A DNA stretch of 64,000 bases from Alloprevotella sp. (GTDB lineage: Bacteria > Bacteroidota > Bacteroidia > Bacteroidales > Bacteroidaceae): positions 38,759 to 102,758 of the forward strand of contig JAZTYI010000088.1 in NCBI GenBank assembly GCA_045636885.1. Reading direction: 5' to 3'. Below, piece by piece: positions 44,307-53,342 of this stretch. Within the stretch, counting starts at the first letter, position 1. The number at the start of each line of letters is the position of its first letter. The position numbers and the translations under genes were made by a program. The notes beneath the pieces were generated by a model. The model was not told where the DNA came from. It made no database searches and worked only from the letters and a program-made list of their open reading frames with translations.

Positions 44307-46328
44307 ATGGAACATTCAAAAGAACTCATGAACCGCGTAGCCGACAATATCAGAGTGTTGGCGGTATCAATGGTAGAAAAGGCAAAATCTGGTCACCCCG
44401 GTGGTGCGATGGGTGGAGCCGACTTCATCAATGTTCTTTACTCTGAGTTTCTCACCTTCGACCCCGAGTGCCCCACTTGGGAATGTCGCGACCGCTTCTT
44501 CCTCGATCCCGGTCACATGTCGCCCATGCTCTACGCTCAGTTGGCGATGATTGGCAACTTCTCAATCGATGAATTGAAGAGCTTCCGTCAATGGGGTTCT
44601 CCCACTCCTGGTCACCCAGAAAAGAACTTCAGCAGAGGTATTGAAAACACCAGCGGTCCCTTGGGTCAAGGTCATACGTATGCCGTAGGTGCTGCTATTG
44701 CCGCTAAGGCGCTTTATGCACGCACGGGCAACCCCGGATTTAAGAAGGAAAAGATTTACGCTTACATCTCTGACGGTGGCGTTCAGGAAGAAGTGAGCCA
44801 GGGCGCAGGTCGCGTGGCAGGTCACTTAGGTTTGGACAACCTCATCATGTTCTTCGACGCTAACGACATCCAGCTTTCAACACCTACCGCCGACGTTATC
44901 ACGGAAGACACAGGCGCGAAGTATAAGGCTTGGGGTTGGAACGTACTCGAAATTGACGGTAATGATGCCGACCAAATTCGTGCTGCGCTTAAGGCCGCTA
45001 ACGAAGAAACGAAGCGCCCCACCCTCATCATCGGTCATTGCGTAATGGGTAAGGGTGCACGCAAGGCAGACAATAGTTCATACGAATGCAATTGCGCTAC
45101 TCACGGTGCTCCCCTCGGTGGCGACGCATATATTAATACAGTAAAGAATCTCGGCGCTGATCCCGCTGATCCCTTCCACATTTGGGAAGAATCTGCCGCG
45201 CTCTATGCCGCACGCAAGGAAGAGTTGAAGCAAATCGTTGCTGCTCGTCGTGCTGAAGAGCAGGAATGGGCTTCTGCAAATGCCGAAAAGGCGGCAGAAC
45301 TCAAGGATTGGTTTGCCGGCAAACTCCCCGAACTCCCCTGGGGCGAAATCGAGCAGGCAAAGAATGCACCCACACGTAATGCATCTGCCACTTGCTTGAG
45401 CATGCTCTCAAAGCACGTGAAGAACATGATTGTGTCAAGTGCAGACCTCTGCAACTCTGATAAGACTGACGGTTTCTTGAAGCATACAACGGTTATCACA
45501 CGCGACAACTTCGCAGGTGGTTTCTTCCAAGCAGGTGTGTCTGAATTGACAATGGCTTGCGTATGTATCGGTATGACCCTCCACGGCGGTATCATCACGG
45601 CTATGGGTACGTTCTTCGTATTCTCTGACTACATGAAGCCCGCTATCCGTATGGCAGCCCTCATGGAACTCCCCGTGAAGTTCGTATGGAGCCACGACGC
45701 CTTCCGCGTAGGTGAAGACGGTCCTACTCACGAACCCGTTGAACAGGAAGCACAAATCCGCCTCATGGAAAAACTCCGCAACCATAGCGGTTTGGATTCT
45801 GTGCGCGTATTCCGTCCTTGCGATGGTCACGCTACAACTGAATGCTGGCGCATTGCGATGGAAAACATGAGCACTCCTACTGCGCTCATTTTCAGCCGTC
45901 AGAATGTCAACGACCTTCCCGCAACTACCGATTACTCACAGGTGCGCTTCGGTGCTTACAACGTAGTTGAAGCTGAAAATCCCGATGTAATCCTCGTAGG
46001 TAGCGGTTCTGAAGTTTCTACATTGGCAGAAGCATCTTACCTCTTGAAGGAAGACGGCATCACCGCTCGCGTAGTAAGTTGCCCCAGCGAAGGTCTCTTC
46101 CGCCGTCAGAGCAAGGAATATCAAGAACAGATTCTCCCCTCAGACAAGAAGATTTTCGCCCTCACCGCTGGTCTCCCCGTGACATTCCAAGGTCTTGTGG
46201 GCGCACAGGGTAAGGTTTACGGTCTTGAAAGCTTCGGTTTCTCAGCTCCCTTCAAGGTGCTCGACGAAAAGTTAGGTTTCACACCCGCAAACATGCGCGA
46301 AGAAATTAAGAAATTCTTGGCAGAATAA
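44307..46328 (+). CDS. tkt: transketolase
   Basis: SGHPGGAMG, TPGHPE, GPLGQG, SDGGVQE, VGEDGPTHEP; ATG at 44307. Confidence 0.97.
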   Translation: MEHSKELMNRVADNIRVLAVSMVEKAKSGHPGGAMGGADFINVLYSEFLTFDPECPTWECRDRFFLDPGHMSPMLYAQLAMIGNFSIDELKSFRQWGSPTPGHPEKNFSRGIENTSGPLGQGHTYAVGAAIAAKALYARTGNPGFKKEKIYAYISDGGVQEEVSQGAGRVAGHLGLDNLIMFFDANDIQLSTPTADVITEDTGAKYKAWGWNVLEIDGNDADQIRAALKAANEETKRPTLIIGHCVMGKGARKADNSSYECNCATHGAPLGGDAYINTVKNLGADPADPFHIWEESAALYAARKEELKQIVAARRAEEQEWASANAEKAAELKDWFAGKLPELPWGEIEQAKNAPTRNASATCLSMLSKHVKNMIVSSADLCNSDKTDGFLKHTTVITRDNFAGGFFQAGVSELTMACVCIGMTLHGGIITAMGTFFVFSDYMKPAIRMAALMELPVKFVWSHDAFRVGEDGPTHEPVEQEAQIRLMEKLRNHSGLDSVRVFRPCDGHATTECWRIAMENMSTPTALIFSRQNVNDLPATTDYSQVRFGAYNVVEAENPDVILVGSGSEVSTLAEASYLLKEDGITARVVSCPSEGLFRRQSKEYQEQILPSDKKIFALTAGLPVTFQGLVGAQGKVYGLESFGFSAPFKVLDEKLGFTPANMREEIKKFLAE

Positions 46329-46335
46329 TCCTCGG

Positions 46336-46427
46336 ACTTCTGAACCTCAGAACTTCTGAACTTCAGAACCTTGAACTTCTGAACTTCAAAACCTCTGAAT
46401 TTCAGAACTTCTGAACCTCAAAACCTT
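46336..46427 (+). repeat. 8-nt tandem repeat between tkt and rpiB
   Basis: About 11 degenerate AAC(T/C)TC(T/A)G units. Confidence 0.85.
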
Positions 46428-46434
46428 AGAGAAT

Positions 46435-46875
46435 ATGACTACTATTATTGGACTTGCAAGTGACCACGCGGGTTATGAACTCAAGCAATACGTAAAGCAA
46501 TATCTTGACGCTAAGGGCATTGCTTACAAGGATTACGGCACGGATAGCGAAGCATCATGCGACTATCCCGACTTTGCTCACGCCCTTGCCAATGGCATGA
46601 AGGACGGTGAAGTAAGCAAGGGTATTGCCATCTGTGGTAGCGGTGAAGGTATCTCTATGACGCTCAACAAGCACGCTCACGTTCGTGCGGCTCTTGTTTG
46701 GATTCCCGAAATCGCCCACATGACACGCCTCCACAACGATGCCAACGTGCTCGTGATGCCCGGTCGCTACATTGATACGGACACCGCAAAGGAAATTATG
46801 GACGAATTCTTGAACACAGAATTTGAAGGTGGACGCCACATCAACCGCATCAATAAGATACCTGTAGCGCAATAA
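46435..46875 (+). CDS. rpiB: ribose-5-phosphate isomerase B
   Basis: SDHAG, DYPD, ICGSGEG, HNDANVL, FEGGRH. Confidence 0.97.
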   Translation: MTTIIGLASDHAGYELKQYVKQYLDAKGIAYKDYGTDSEASCDYPDFAHALANGMKDGEVSKGIAICGSGEGISMTLNKHAHVRAALVWIPEIAHMTRLHNDANVLVMPGRYIDTDTAKEIMDEFLNTEFEGGRHINRINKIPVAQ

Positions 46876-47033
46876 AAAGCACTTTTTTGAGGTCCAAATA
46901 GCGTAGTTCGTTGAAAACTAAAAAAATAATCTGCAAAAGATTTCTTCTTATCAAGTAAAAAGTATAATTTTGCACTCGCTTAAACAAAACAAGCATCTAG
47001 ACTTATAACAAACTATAAAAGAAGAACCTAAAG

Positions 47034-47306
47034 ATGACTAAGGCAGACATCGTAAGCGATATCCAGCAGAAGACTGGTATCGACAAAGCTACAATCCTCA
47101 CTACAGTGGAAGCTTTCATGGCAAGCGTAAAGGGCTCGCTCGCAGAAGGAGAAAACGTTTATCTCCGCGGTTTCGGTAGCTTCATTTTGAAGAAGCGCGC
47201 TCAGAAGACAGCTCGTAACATCTCTAAGAATACGACTATCATCATCCCCGAGCACAACATCCCCGCATTCAAGCCCGCGAAGACTTTCATGGAGGATATT
47301 AAGTAA
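47034..47306 (+). CDS. hup: HU family DNA-binding protein
   Basis: MTKADIV, LRGFGSF, ARNI, PAFKP; -7 box TAATTTTG at 46965-46972. Confidence 0.95.
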   Translation: MTKADIVSDIQQKTGIDKATILTTVEAFMASVKGSLAEGENVYLRGFGSFILKKRAQKTARNISKNTTIIIPEHNIPAFKPAKTFMEDIK

Positions 47307-47342
47307 TAAGGAATATATTCACTCATTTTAACTACTACTACT

Positions 47343-47432
47343 ATGCCTAACGGAAAGAAGAAAAAAAGACACAAAATGTCTACTCACAAGCGTAAAAAAA
47401 GATTACGCAAGAACAGACATAAGAGCAAGTAA
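47343..47432 (+). CDS. 29-aa basic ribosomal protein bS22 (AURKAIP1/COX24-like)
   Basis: MPNGKKKKRHKMSTHKRKKRLRKNRHKSK; below the ORF-track cutoff; between hup and rne/rng. Confidence 0.85.
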   Translation: MPNGKKKKRHKMSTHKRKKRLRKNRHKSK

Positions 47433-47654
47433 ACATTTGCTTGTCTAAGGATTTAAGAACAAACTTGATAATCTCTACGGGTGTTCAGGTTTGTTCTTAC
47501 TTGTATTAAATGATTGGGACTTCACAAAGGGGGAACCGCGGTGACATTTATAGTTTCTATAGATTATATAGTATCTATAACCTCTATAGTCTCTATAAAA
47601 TATATCCCTCTCCTCCCCTCTCAAGCCACCAATCAATAAACCTAACGACACACA

Positions 47655-49226
47655 ATGAAAAGCGAAGTTATTGTGGATGTCCAACCGAAAGAAATTTCTA
47701 TCGCCCTTCTTGAAGACCAAAAACTTGTGGAATTCCAACAAGAGGGTCGCGAAGAGAATTTTGCCGTTGGAAACATCTACCTGGCGAAGGTTCGTAAAAT
47801 CATGCCAGGACTCAATGCATGCTTCGTGAATGTGGGACACGAGAAAGACGCCTTTCTCCATTACCTTGACCTTGGAACACACTACCGAGCGCTTGAAAAA
47901 TTTACAGACATCCTTCGCGCTGGGAAGCACAACCCTCAAATCTCACGCATCCAAGCAGGTCCTCTTCTTGAAAAGGAAGGTCAAATCCAAGACCACCTCA
48001 AGCAGGGACAAGAAATCTTGGTGCAAGTGGTCAAAGAACCCATTAACACAAAAGGTCCTCGCCTCACGTGCGAAATCTCTTTTGCTGGACGCTACTTGGT
48101 GCTTATTCCCTTTGCCGACAAAATCAATGTCTCTACAAAAATCAAGAACGATAGTGAACGCGCACGCCTCAAACAATTGATGCACTCCATCAAACCCAAG
48201 AACTTTAGTGTCATCATCCGCACCGTTGCTGAAGGTAAACGCGTTGACGAACTCGAACAAGAATTAAAAGTATTGCTGAAGCGTTGGGAAGACACCGTGG
48301 CGCGCGCACGTCAAGCACAGCAATGCCCCGCATGCGTATTTGAAGAAACAAGTCGCACCGTCGGAATGATTCGCGACCTCTTTAACCCCTCCTACGAAAA
48401 CATCATCATCAACGATGAGCACGTCTATAACGAGGTTAAAGATTACGTGACACTCATTTCTCCCGAAAGTGCCGGCATCGTGAAGAAGTACACTGGTCAG
48501 GTACCCATCTTTGACAATTATTCAGTCACCAAACAAATCAAATCATCTCTGGGCAGAACCGTCACCTACAAGCACGGCGCCTATATGATTATTGAGCAAA
48601 CCGAAGCCCTACATGTTGTAGATATCAATAGTGGCAACCGCTCAAAGTCACCCGACGGACAAGAAGCGAACGCCTTAGATGTCAACCTTGGAGCCGCCGA
48701 CGAATTGGCACGCCAATTACGTTTGCGCGATATGGGCGGTATTATTGTGGTGGACTTCATTGACATGGCATTGGCAGAAAATCGCCAAAAACTCTACGAG
48801 CGCATGTGCGAAAACATGCAACACGACAGGGCTAAGCATAACATCCTGCCACTCTCTAAGTTCGGGCTTATGCAAATCACCCGACAACGCGTACGCCCCG
48901 CCATGAATATCAATGTCGAAGAAGAGTGTCCTACGTGTGGTGGAACAGGTAAAATCAAAGCGAGTCTCCTCTTTGTCGATATGATTGAAAACAAAATCGA
49001 CATGATGGTCAACCGCTTAAAAATAAAGAAGTTCTACCTCCACATTCATCCATTTGTAGAAGCATACATCAACAAAGGATTCCTTTCTCGTAAATTGCTT
49101 TGGAAGTTGAAATACGGTTTCGGAGTGCACCTCATTCCCAACCAACAACTCTCCTTCCTCGAATACAAGTTCTACGATAAGGATAAACAAGAAATTGACA
49201 TGAAGGAAGAGAATGAAATGAACTAA
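47655..49226 (+). CDS. ribonuclease E/G family
   Basis: S1 domain GNIYLAKV, DAFLHYLD, VDINSG, RLRDMGGIIVVDFID, CPTCGGTG. Confidence 0.96.
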   Translation: MKSEVIVDVQPKEISIALLEDQKLVEFQQEGREENFAVGNIYLAKVRKIMPGLNACFVNVGHEKDAFLHYLDLGTHYRALEKFTDILRAGKHNPQISRIQAGPLLEKEGQIQDHLKQGQEILVQVVKEPINTKGPRLTCEISFAGRYLVLIPFADKINVSTKIKNDSERARLKQLMHSIKPKNFSVIIRTVAEGKRVDELEQELKVLLKRWEDTVARARQAQQCPACVFEETSRTVGMIRDLFNPSYENIIINDEHVYNEVKDYVTLISPESAGIVKKYTGQVPIFDNYSVTKQIKSSLGRTVTYKHGAYMIIEQTEALHVVDINSGNRSKSPDGQEANALDVNLGAADELARQLRLRDMGGIIVVDFIDMALAENRQKLYERMCENMQHDRAKHNILPLSKFGLMQITRQRVRPAMNINVEEECPTCGGTGKIKASLLFVDMIENKIDMMVNRLKIKKFYLHIHPFVEAYINKGFLSRKLLWKLKYGFGVHLIPNQQLSFLEYKFYDKDKQEIDMKEENEMN

Positions 49227-49262
49227 CATTTCCCCCACCCTTCTTCTTAAACTCATAAAATT

Positions 49263-49299
49263 AAGGTGCCGCGCCATGCTTGACGCGACACCTTTTTTT
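49263..49299 (+). terminator. terminator after rne/rng
   Basis: AAGGTG(C)CGCG...CGCGACACC followed by T7. Confidence 0.75.
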
Positions 49300-49304
49300 G
49301 TTTT

Positions 49305-49582
49305 ATATTGCTGTCTGGTAAAATTTGTCTCTTTATTTTAGAGAACACGAATTGCACGAATAACACGAACCGAAGGTCGCGCAAGTCAATCCTTGCGGGG
49401 TGTTATTTTTGCTTATCGCATACGAACCAAAGGTCGCGCAAGCAATTGCACGAATACCATCCGGATGGCATTCGGGTTATTCGCCTCTGATTAAGAAATA
49501 TTCATCCCGCATGGAGATTCGTGTTATTCGTGAAATTCGTGTTCTCTAAAATAAAGAGACAAATTTTACCGGACACCAATAT
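49305..49582. mobile_element. 278-bp MITE-like element with 65-bp terminal inverted repeats
   Basis: 49305-49369 vs reverse complement of 49518-49582: 62/65 identical; TTGTTTT on both flanks; no transposase inside. Confidence 0.7.
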
Positions 49583-50454
49583 TTGTTTTTAGTTTTATCA
49601 CCCGTGTTAATGTACACCTCAGAGCGGGTCTGATTGTTGTAAATGAGGATATTAATATTTGCTCCGACTAATCCCTTGATGGATTTACCCAACCAAGAAT
49701 CCGTAGTACCAGTGGAATTACTATACAGTCCGTTGCTTCTCTTGTTGTATTCAATAAATTCACCCCAAAAATTTTGGCGGTTAGCGTTTCTAATGCGAGA
49801 AGTTTCGGTTGCCTGACTCTCCGATTGCTTCTTCGATGCAATCTTTATCGTATAGTCATCGGCATCTTTGATGGGAATTATTTGGTCAAAGTCAAGGAGT
49901 AATTTGTCATTGTATTTGTAGGGCGTAACCTTAAAGCACTTGATGCGGAGGTTGAAATTAAGCAACCACATCACCGAAGAGGTAACCTCCTTACGGAAGT
50001 TTGCTGCTACGAAAAAGATACGTTGCGAATTACCGACGTTTATCTCAATGTCAGACAACTCCTTGTCGTCAAAGAATTCCGAAAGCATCTCCTCTGCATT
50101 GGCAGACGTGCCCAAGTAGCGCTGATAGATTTCAATAATATCTTGCTTGGTAAGACTCGAACAGTAAGATGCGTACTTGATTGCCTGCCAAGTAACGTCG
50201 CGCCCTGAATCATCTAACTTGTTTTCGATAATTACAAGGTTGCCCAACTTATCCAAAGCCAGCAAGTCAAGGCGTTCTCGTGTATCAGAAAAACCGTCAA
50301 ACTCCTTTTGGATAATCAGCAAATCTTCTCCCAAAGAACTGGGTTCTTTAGCAATCCATTCTTGCAAATTGTCGCGTTCGCTCATACCCAAATCTTTGAA
50401 CGAACACTTTTCAACTCTCACAAGACTGTTATTTTCTTTGTCAATAATGTACAT
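49546..50454 (-). pseudogene. NucS/restriction-like PD-(D/E)xK nuclease plus DUF4268-like domain, 3' truncated
   Basis: ERDNLQEWI, RLDLLALD, VIIENK, QAIKYASY; reading frame runs into the element TIR after KTKNK and stops inside it; ATG at 50454. Confidence 0.7.
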
Positions 50455-50462
50455 GACGGAAA

Positions 50463-50690
50463 CTATTGGGATGAAAGTTCTTCTTCTAACTCCTGATACA
50501 ATGCTACTGGACCTAAATGCCAAGTCTTTGTATTCTCCATCTTTAAGCGCTGGTATAATTGGGAGGCGTATACGGTTTGTATTGCCTCCACGATACTCAT
50601 ACCCTTATGCTCAATAAGCAGACATGCTAATCCGCTTACTTTGGAGGGAAGGATGAGGTGTAGATTTGATTGTGTGATGGTGCCAATCAT
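50463..50690 (-). CDS. small helical protein, DUF3791-like
   Basis: EAIQTVYASQLYQRL...TKTWHLGP; ATGA overlap with the upstream gene. Confidence 0.7.
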   Translation of the reverse strand: MIGTITQSNLHLILPSKVSGLACLLIEHKGMSIVEAIQTVYASQLYQRLKMENTKTWHLGPVALYQELEEELSSQ

Positions 50691-51169
50691 AGGGAAATTT
50701 CTTTTGCTTCTAAGAATGAGATAGCTTGAAGTGATTTTTCTGTGTGAAACAAGTATTGGTCCACAAGAGTATAGGTCTTTAATTCAGCAATGAGCATTTG
50801 TTTGTCAATCAGTCCTCCTTCATAGAGGGCAAATGCTGCATAAACTTTATCGTTTGCTACGGGACCGTAAACCACATCGTAGTCATGGGTGAATCCGACT
50901 CGTGTACGGTTTTGCATCACAAACTCTAACCATTCGTCTGTCGGTTCGTTGAATTTTAGAATATTGAACGTGCTGAGCACCTCTTCGTTCAACTCATAGA
51001 TATTAACAAAAGCTTTTTGCGTCTGGCGGTTTAATCTGCGTCTAGTCCAGTCTTCTGCTTGTTGATAAGAAGTAGTGGCATAAAACCCTGCTCCGTAATC
51101 CAAACTACGATTGGGAATACGGATTTCTGGAGACGCGACAATTTCTATACTTCCATGGTAAATGTTCAT
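50687..51169 (-). CDS. DUF3990 domain protein
   Basis: IYHGS, DYGAGFYAT, WLEFV..NR, YDVVYGPVAND, QYLFHT. Confidence 0.85.
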   Translation of the reverse strand: MNIYHGSIEIVASPEIRIPNRSLDYGAGFYATTSYQQAEDWTRRRLNRQTQKAFVNIYELNEEVLSTFNILKFNEPTDEWLEFVMQNRTRVGFTHDYDVVYGPVANDKVYAAFALYEGGLIDKQMLIAELKTYTLVDQYLFHTEKSLQAISFLEAKEISL

Positions 51170-51173
51170 AGGA

Positions 51174-51389
51174 CTATTGTTGCTGATTTTTTATAACCTC
51201 ATCAATTTCTTCCACCAGCCATTGACGCCCCTGTGTGTGCAAAACTTCAAAGTGTTGGCACAAGTAGTCAAGTACTTTATATTTGTTAAACATGGTCATC
51301 ACTTCTGCCTCACTCATGCCCTTGGTATGCATGTATTGCTCGATGCAGAAGGAGATGAAGTAGGTGATGTCTTTGTTTTTCTTATCCAT
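51174..51389 (-). CDS. DUF3791 domain protein
   Basis: FISFCIEQY, YLCQHFEVLHTQG; ATG at 51389; -7 box TACCTTTG at 51413-51406. Confidence 0.85.
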   Translation of the reverse strand: MDKKNKDITYFISFCIEQYMHTKGMSEAEVMTMFNKYKVLDYLCQHFEVLHTQGRQWLVEEIDEVIKNQQQ

Positions 51390-51634
51390 AGTATTAGGTT
51401 TATGGCAAAGGTAATGATTCTTTATTGAATAATTAAAATTGGGAGGGAAATATTCGGGGGAATGGATGGGAAAAGGCGTTGCGTTAATATTGGGGGATCG
51501 GGATTTTAAGATTTGAGCGGATGATGATGTTGATAGTGCTTGGATATGGTGTGAAAACAAAAAAGAAGTTCTGGAGCACGGTGGGTGCTTCAGAACTTCT
51601 TTTTGTGTATGCGTATGCCGTGGGGGCGGGGTGT

Positions 51635-52156
51635 TTAAAACATACCGATAAACCAACTGGCGAGGTCGCCTATCCACGTTCCAATTTGGATTACCAAAAG
51701 GGTGAGGAGGTAGATTAGAAAGCAGAGGATGAGGCACAAGATGCCCAACCAAATTGCCTTGCGGTTGATTTCGCCAACAATCTTTGGGTCGTCCTCTATG
51801 AATCCTGTGAGTAGGCGTGAATTCTTGGTGTAGGACTTGTTGAAGATGTCAAGGATGTCGCCAAGAGCGGGAATCAATCCCACGAGGATATCAAAGAGCG
51901 TGTTGTAAATGATGGCCAGTGTGAGGGAGGCGCTTCTCACCTTGAAGATACTGATGTAAAGAAAGGGTAGGTTGAGAACCGACGTGAGGGCATCGCCACA
52001 GGCGGGAAGAAAGAGTCCGACAATGGGGTCAAGGTAATACTTGTCCATCCATTGGGTGATGACTTTCGTGAGTTGATAGGTGCGCGAAGTTTCAACCTCC
52101 TTGCGGATTGCTTCTCGCTTTGAGTCCTTCAATGTGAATGTGGTGTTTGTGGGCAT
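51635..52156 (-). CDS. DUF4112 domain membrane protein
   Basis: MDKYYLDPIVGL, GDA, GLIPALGDILD. Confidence 0.82.
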   Translation of the reverse strand: MPTNTTFTLKDSKREAIRKEVETSRTYQLTKVITQWMDKYYLDPIVGLFLPACGDALTSVLNLPFLYISIFKVRSASLTLAIIYNTLFDILVGLIPALGDILDIFNKSYTKNSRLLTGFIEDDPKIVGEINRKAIWLGILCLILCFLIYLLTLLVIQIGTWIGDLASWFIGMF

Positions 52157-52239
52157 ATATTATTGCAATATAATATGTGTCATCCCTTTCGCTTTATTCA
52201 TGATACAATAAAGAGAAGGTGAAACGCTCGGCAGTGGGT

Positions 52240-52989
52240 TTATGACGACTTCGCCCTTTTAGAACTCAAAGTCGGTTTTTGTTTCAGGTTAAATGCCGGA
52301 ACCTTTTGAGGACCTGCCTTCAGTAGAGGTCTTTTGAAATTTGTAGGTTTGGGTTCCGCAATAGGTGTTACTTCCTCCTGCTTCACTCTTGTCGTTGTCG
52401 GTTGGAGTTCCTCTTTTTCTACGGTGTCCTTCTCTGTTGGGTTGGGAGCAGCACTCGACGTCTTCATGGGCATATAACCACTAGTTGTACCCACTTTGTA
52501 CTGCTTCATCTGTTCGTCACTCTCAAACCAATTCCCGCGGATGAGGCGGTCGGGTTCTTGAAGCGACATGGGCACATGCGAGTAGAAGATGTGTTTGCGC
52601 ATGTCCCAGTAGAGTTCTTCAGAAGAGTAGGTCACCTGCTTCTCGCGGTCGTTCATCATCACGCGACCACGGAGTTTCCAGAGATACTGGTCGAAGCAGT
52701 AGGCAGTGTCGGCAGTGATGTGGAGGTTGACACTCGCATTGTTGTCGTAGCGCTCCAGGTAGACACCCTTGGGGAAGTATTGGCGTTGCGGAAACGTTTT
52801 GTCATACACCTGCCACTCTTCAGCAATAATCTTGTAGCGCACAATGCCCGAGTCGGAAATGAGTTTGGACACGCCTCTAGTGGTCATGACGGGCAAAGAG
52901 TCACGACAGTCTACCTGTGGTCCCAAGGGGGGAGCATCAGAGGTGCAGGCCAAGGGGAGGAATAGTATGAGGAGAAGGAGGTAGCGCAT
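52240..52989 (-). CDS. lptC: LPS export protein LptC
   Basis: Lipobox LAC; LISDSG, FPKG, ITADTA, SEELYWD. Confidence 0.82.
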   Translation of the reverse strand: MRYLLLLILFLPLACTSDAPPLGPQVDCRDSLPVMTTRGVSKLISDSGIVRYKIIAEEWQVYDKTFPQRQYFPKGVYLERYDNNASVNLHITADTAYCFDQYLWKLRGRVMMNDREKQVTYSSEELYWDMRKHIFYSHVPMSLQEPDRLIRGNWFESDEQMKQYKVGTTSGYMPMKTSSAAPNPTEKDTVEKEELQPTTTRVKQEEVTPIAEPKPTNFKRPLLKAGPQKVPAFNLKQKPTLSSKRAKSS

Positions 52990-52994
52990 TTTTT

Positions 52995-53338
52995 AAGAGT
53001 AAAGATAAAAGAGTAAAGAGTAAAGATGCCGTGCGGCACTTTATCAGTAGGTAGTAAGTAGTAGGTAGTAAGTAGTAGGTAGTAGTGAACCGTGCGGAAT
53101 TACACTCGTTTATCTCGCTGACCTTAATTTGTCCCCCGAAGTTAGGGGGACGAGCAACAAAGTTGCGGAGGGGGTCTGTTTAACTCGTACCTCGTTAACT
53201 TGTCTACTAAAATAACGTTTATCTCGCAGACCTTCTTGTCTACTCGAAACTTGTTTATTCGTCTACTTATAAGAGCAAAGATTAATGAGTAAAGACTCCG
53301 AACGGATCTTTTATCTTTACTCTTTTATCTTTACTCTT
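52995..53338. repeat. composite intergenic repeat island
   Basis: Perfect 25-bp IR at 52995-53019 and 53314-53338; (AGTA(G/A)GT)5; 19-bp direct repeat at 53107 and 53216; GC hairpin GTCCCCC-GAAGTTA-GGGGGAC. Confidence 0.85.
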
Positions 53339-53342
53339 CCAA

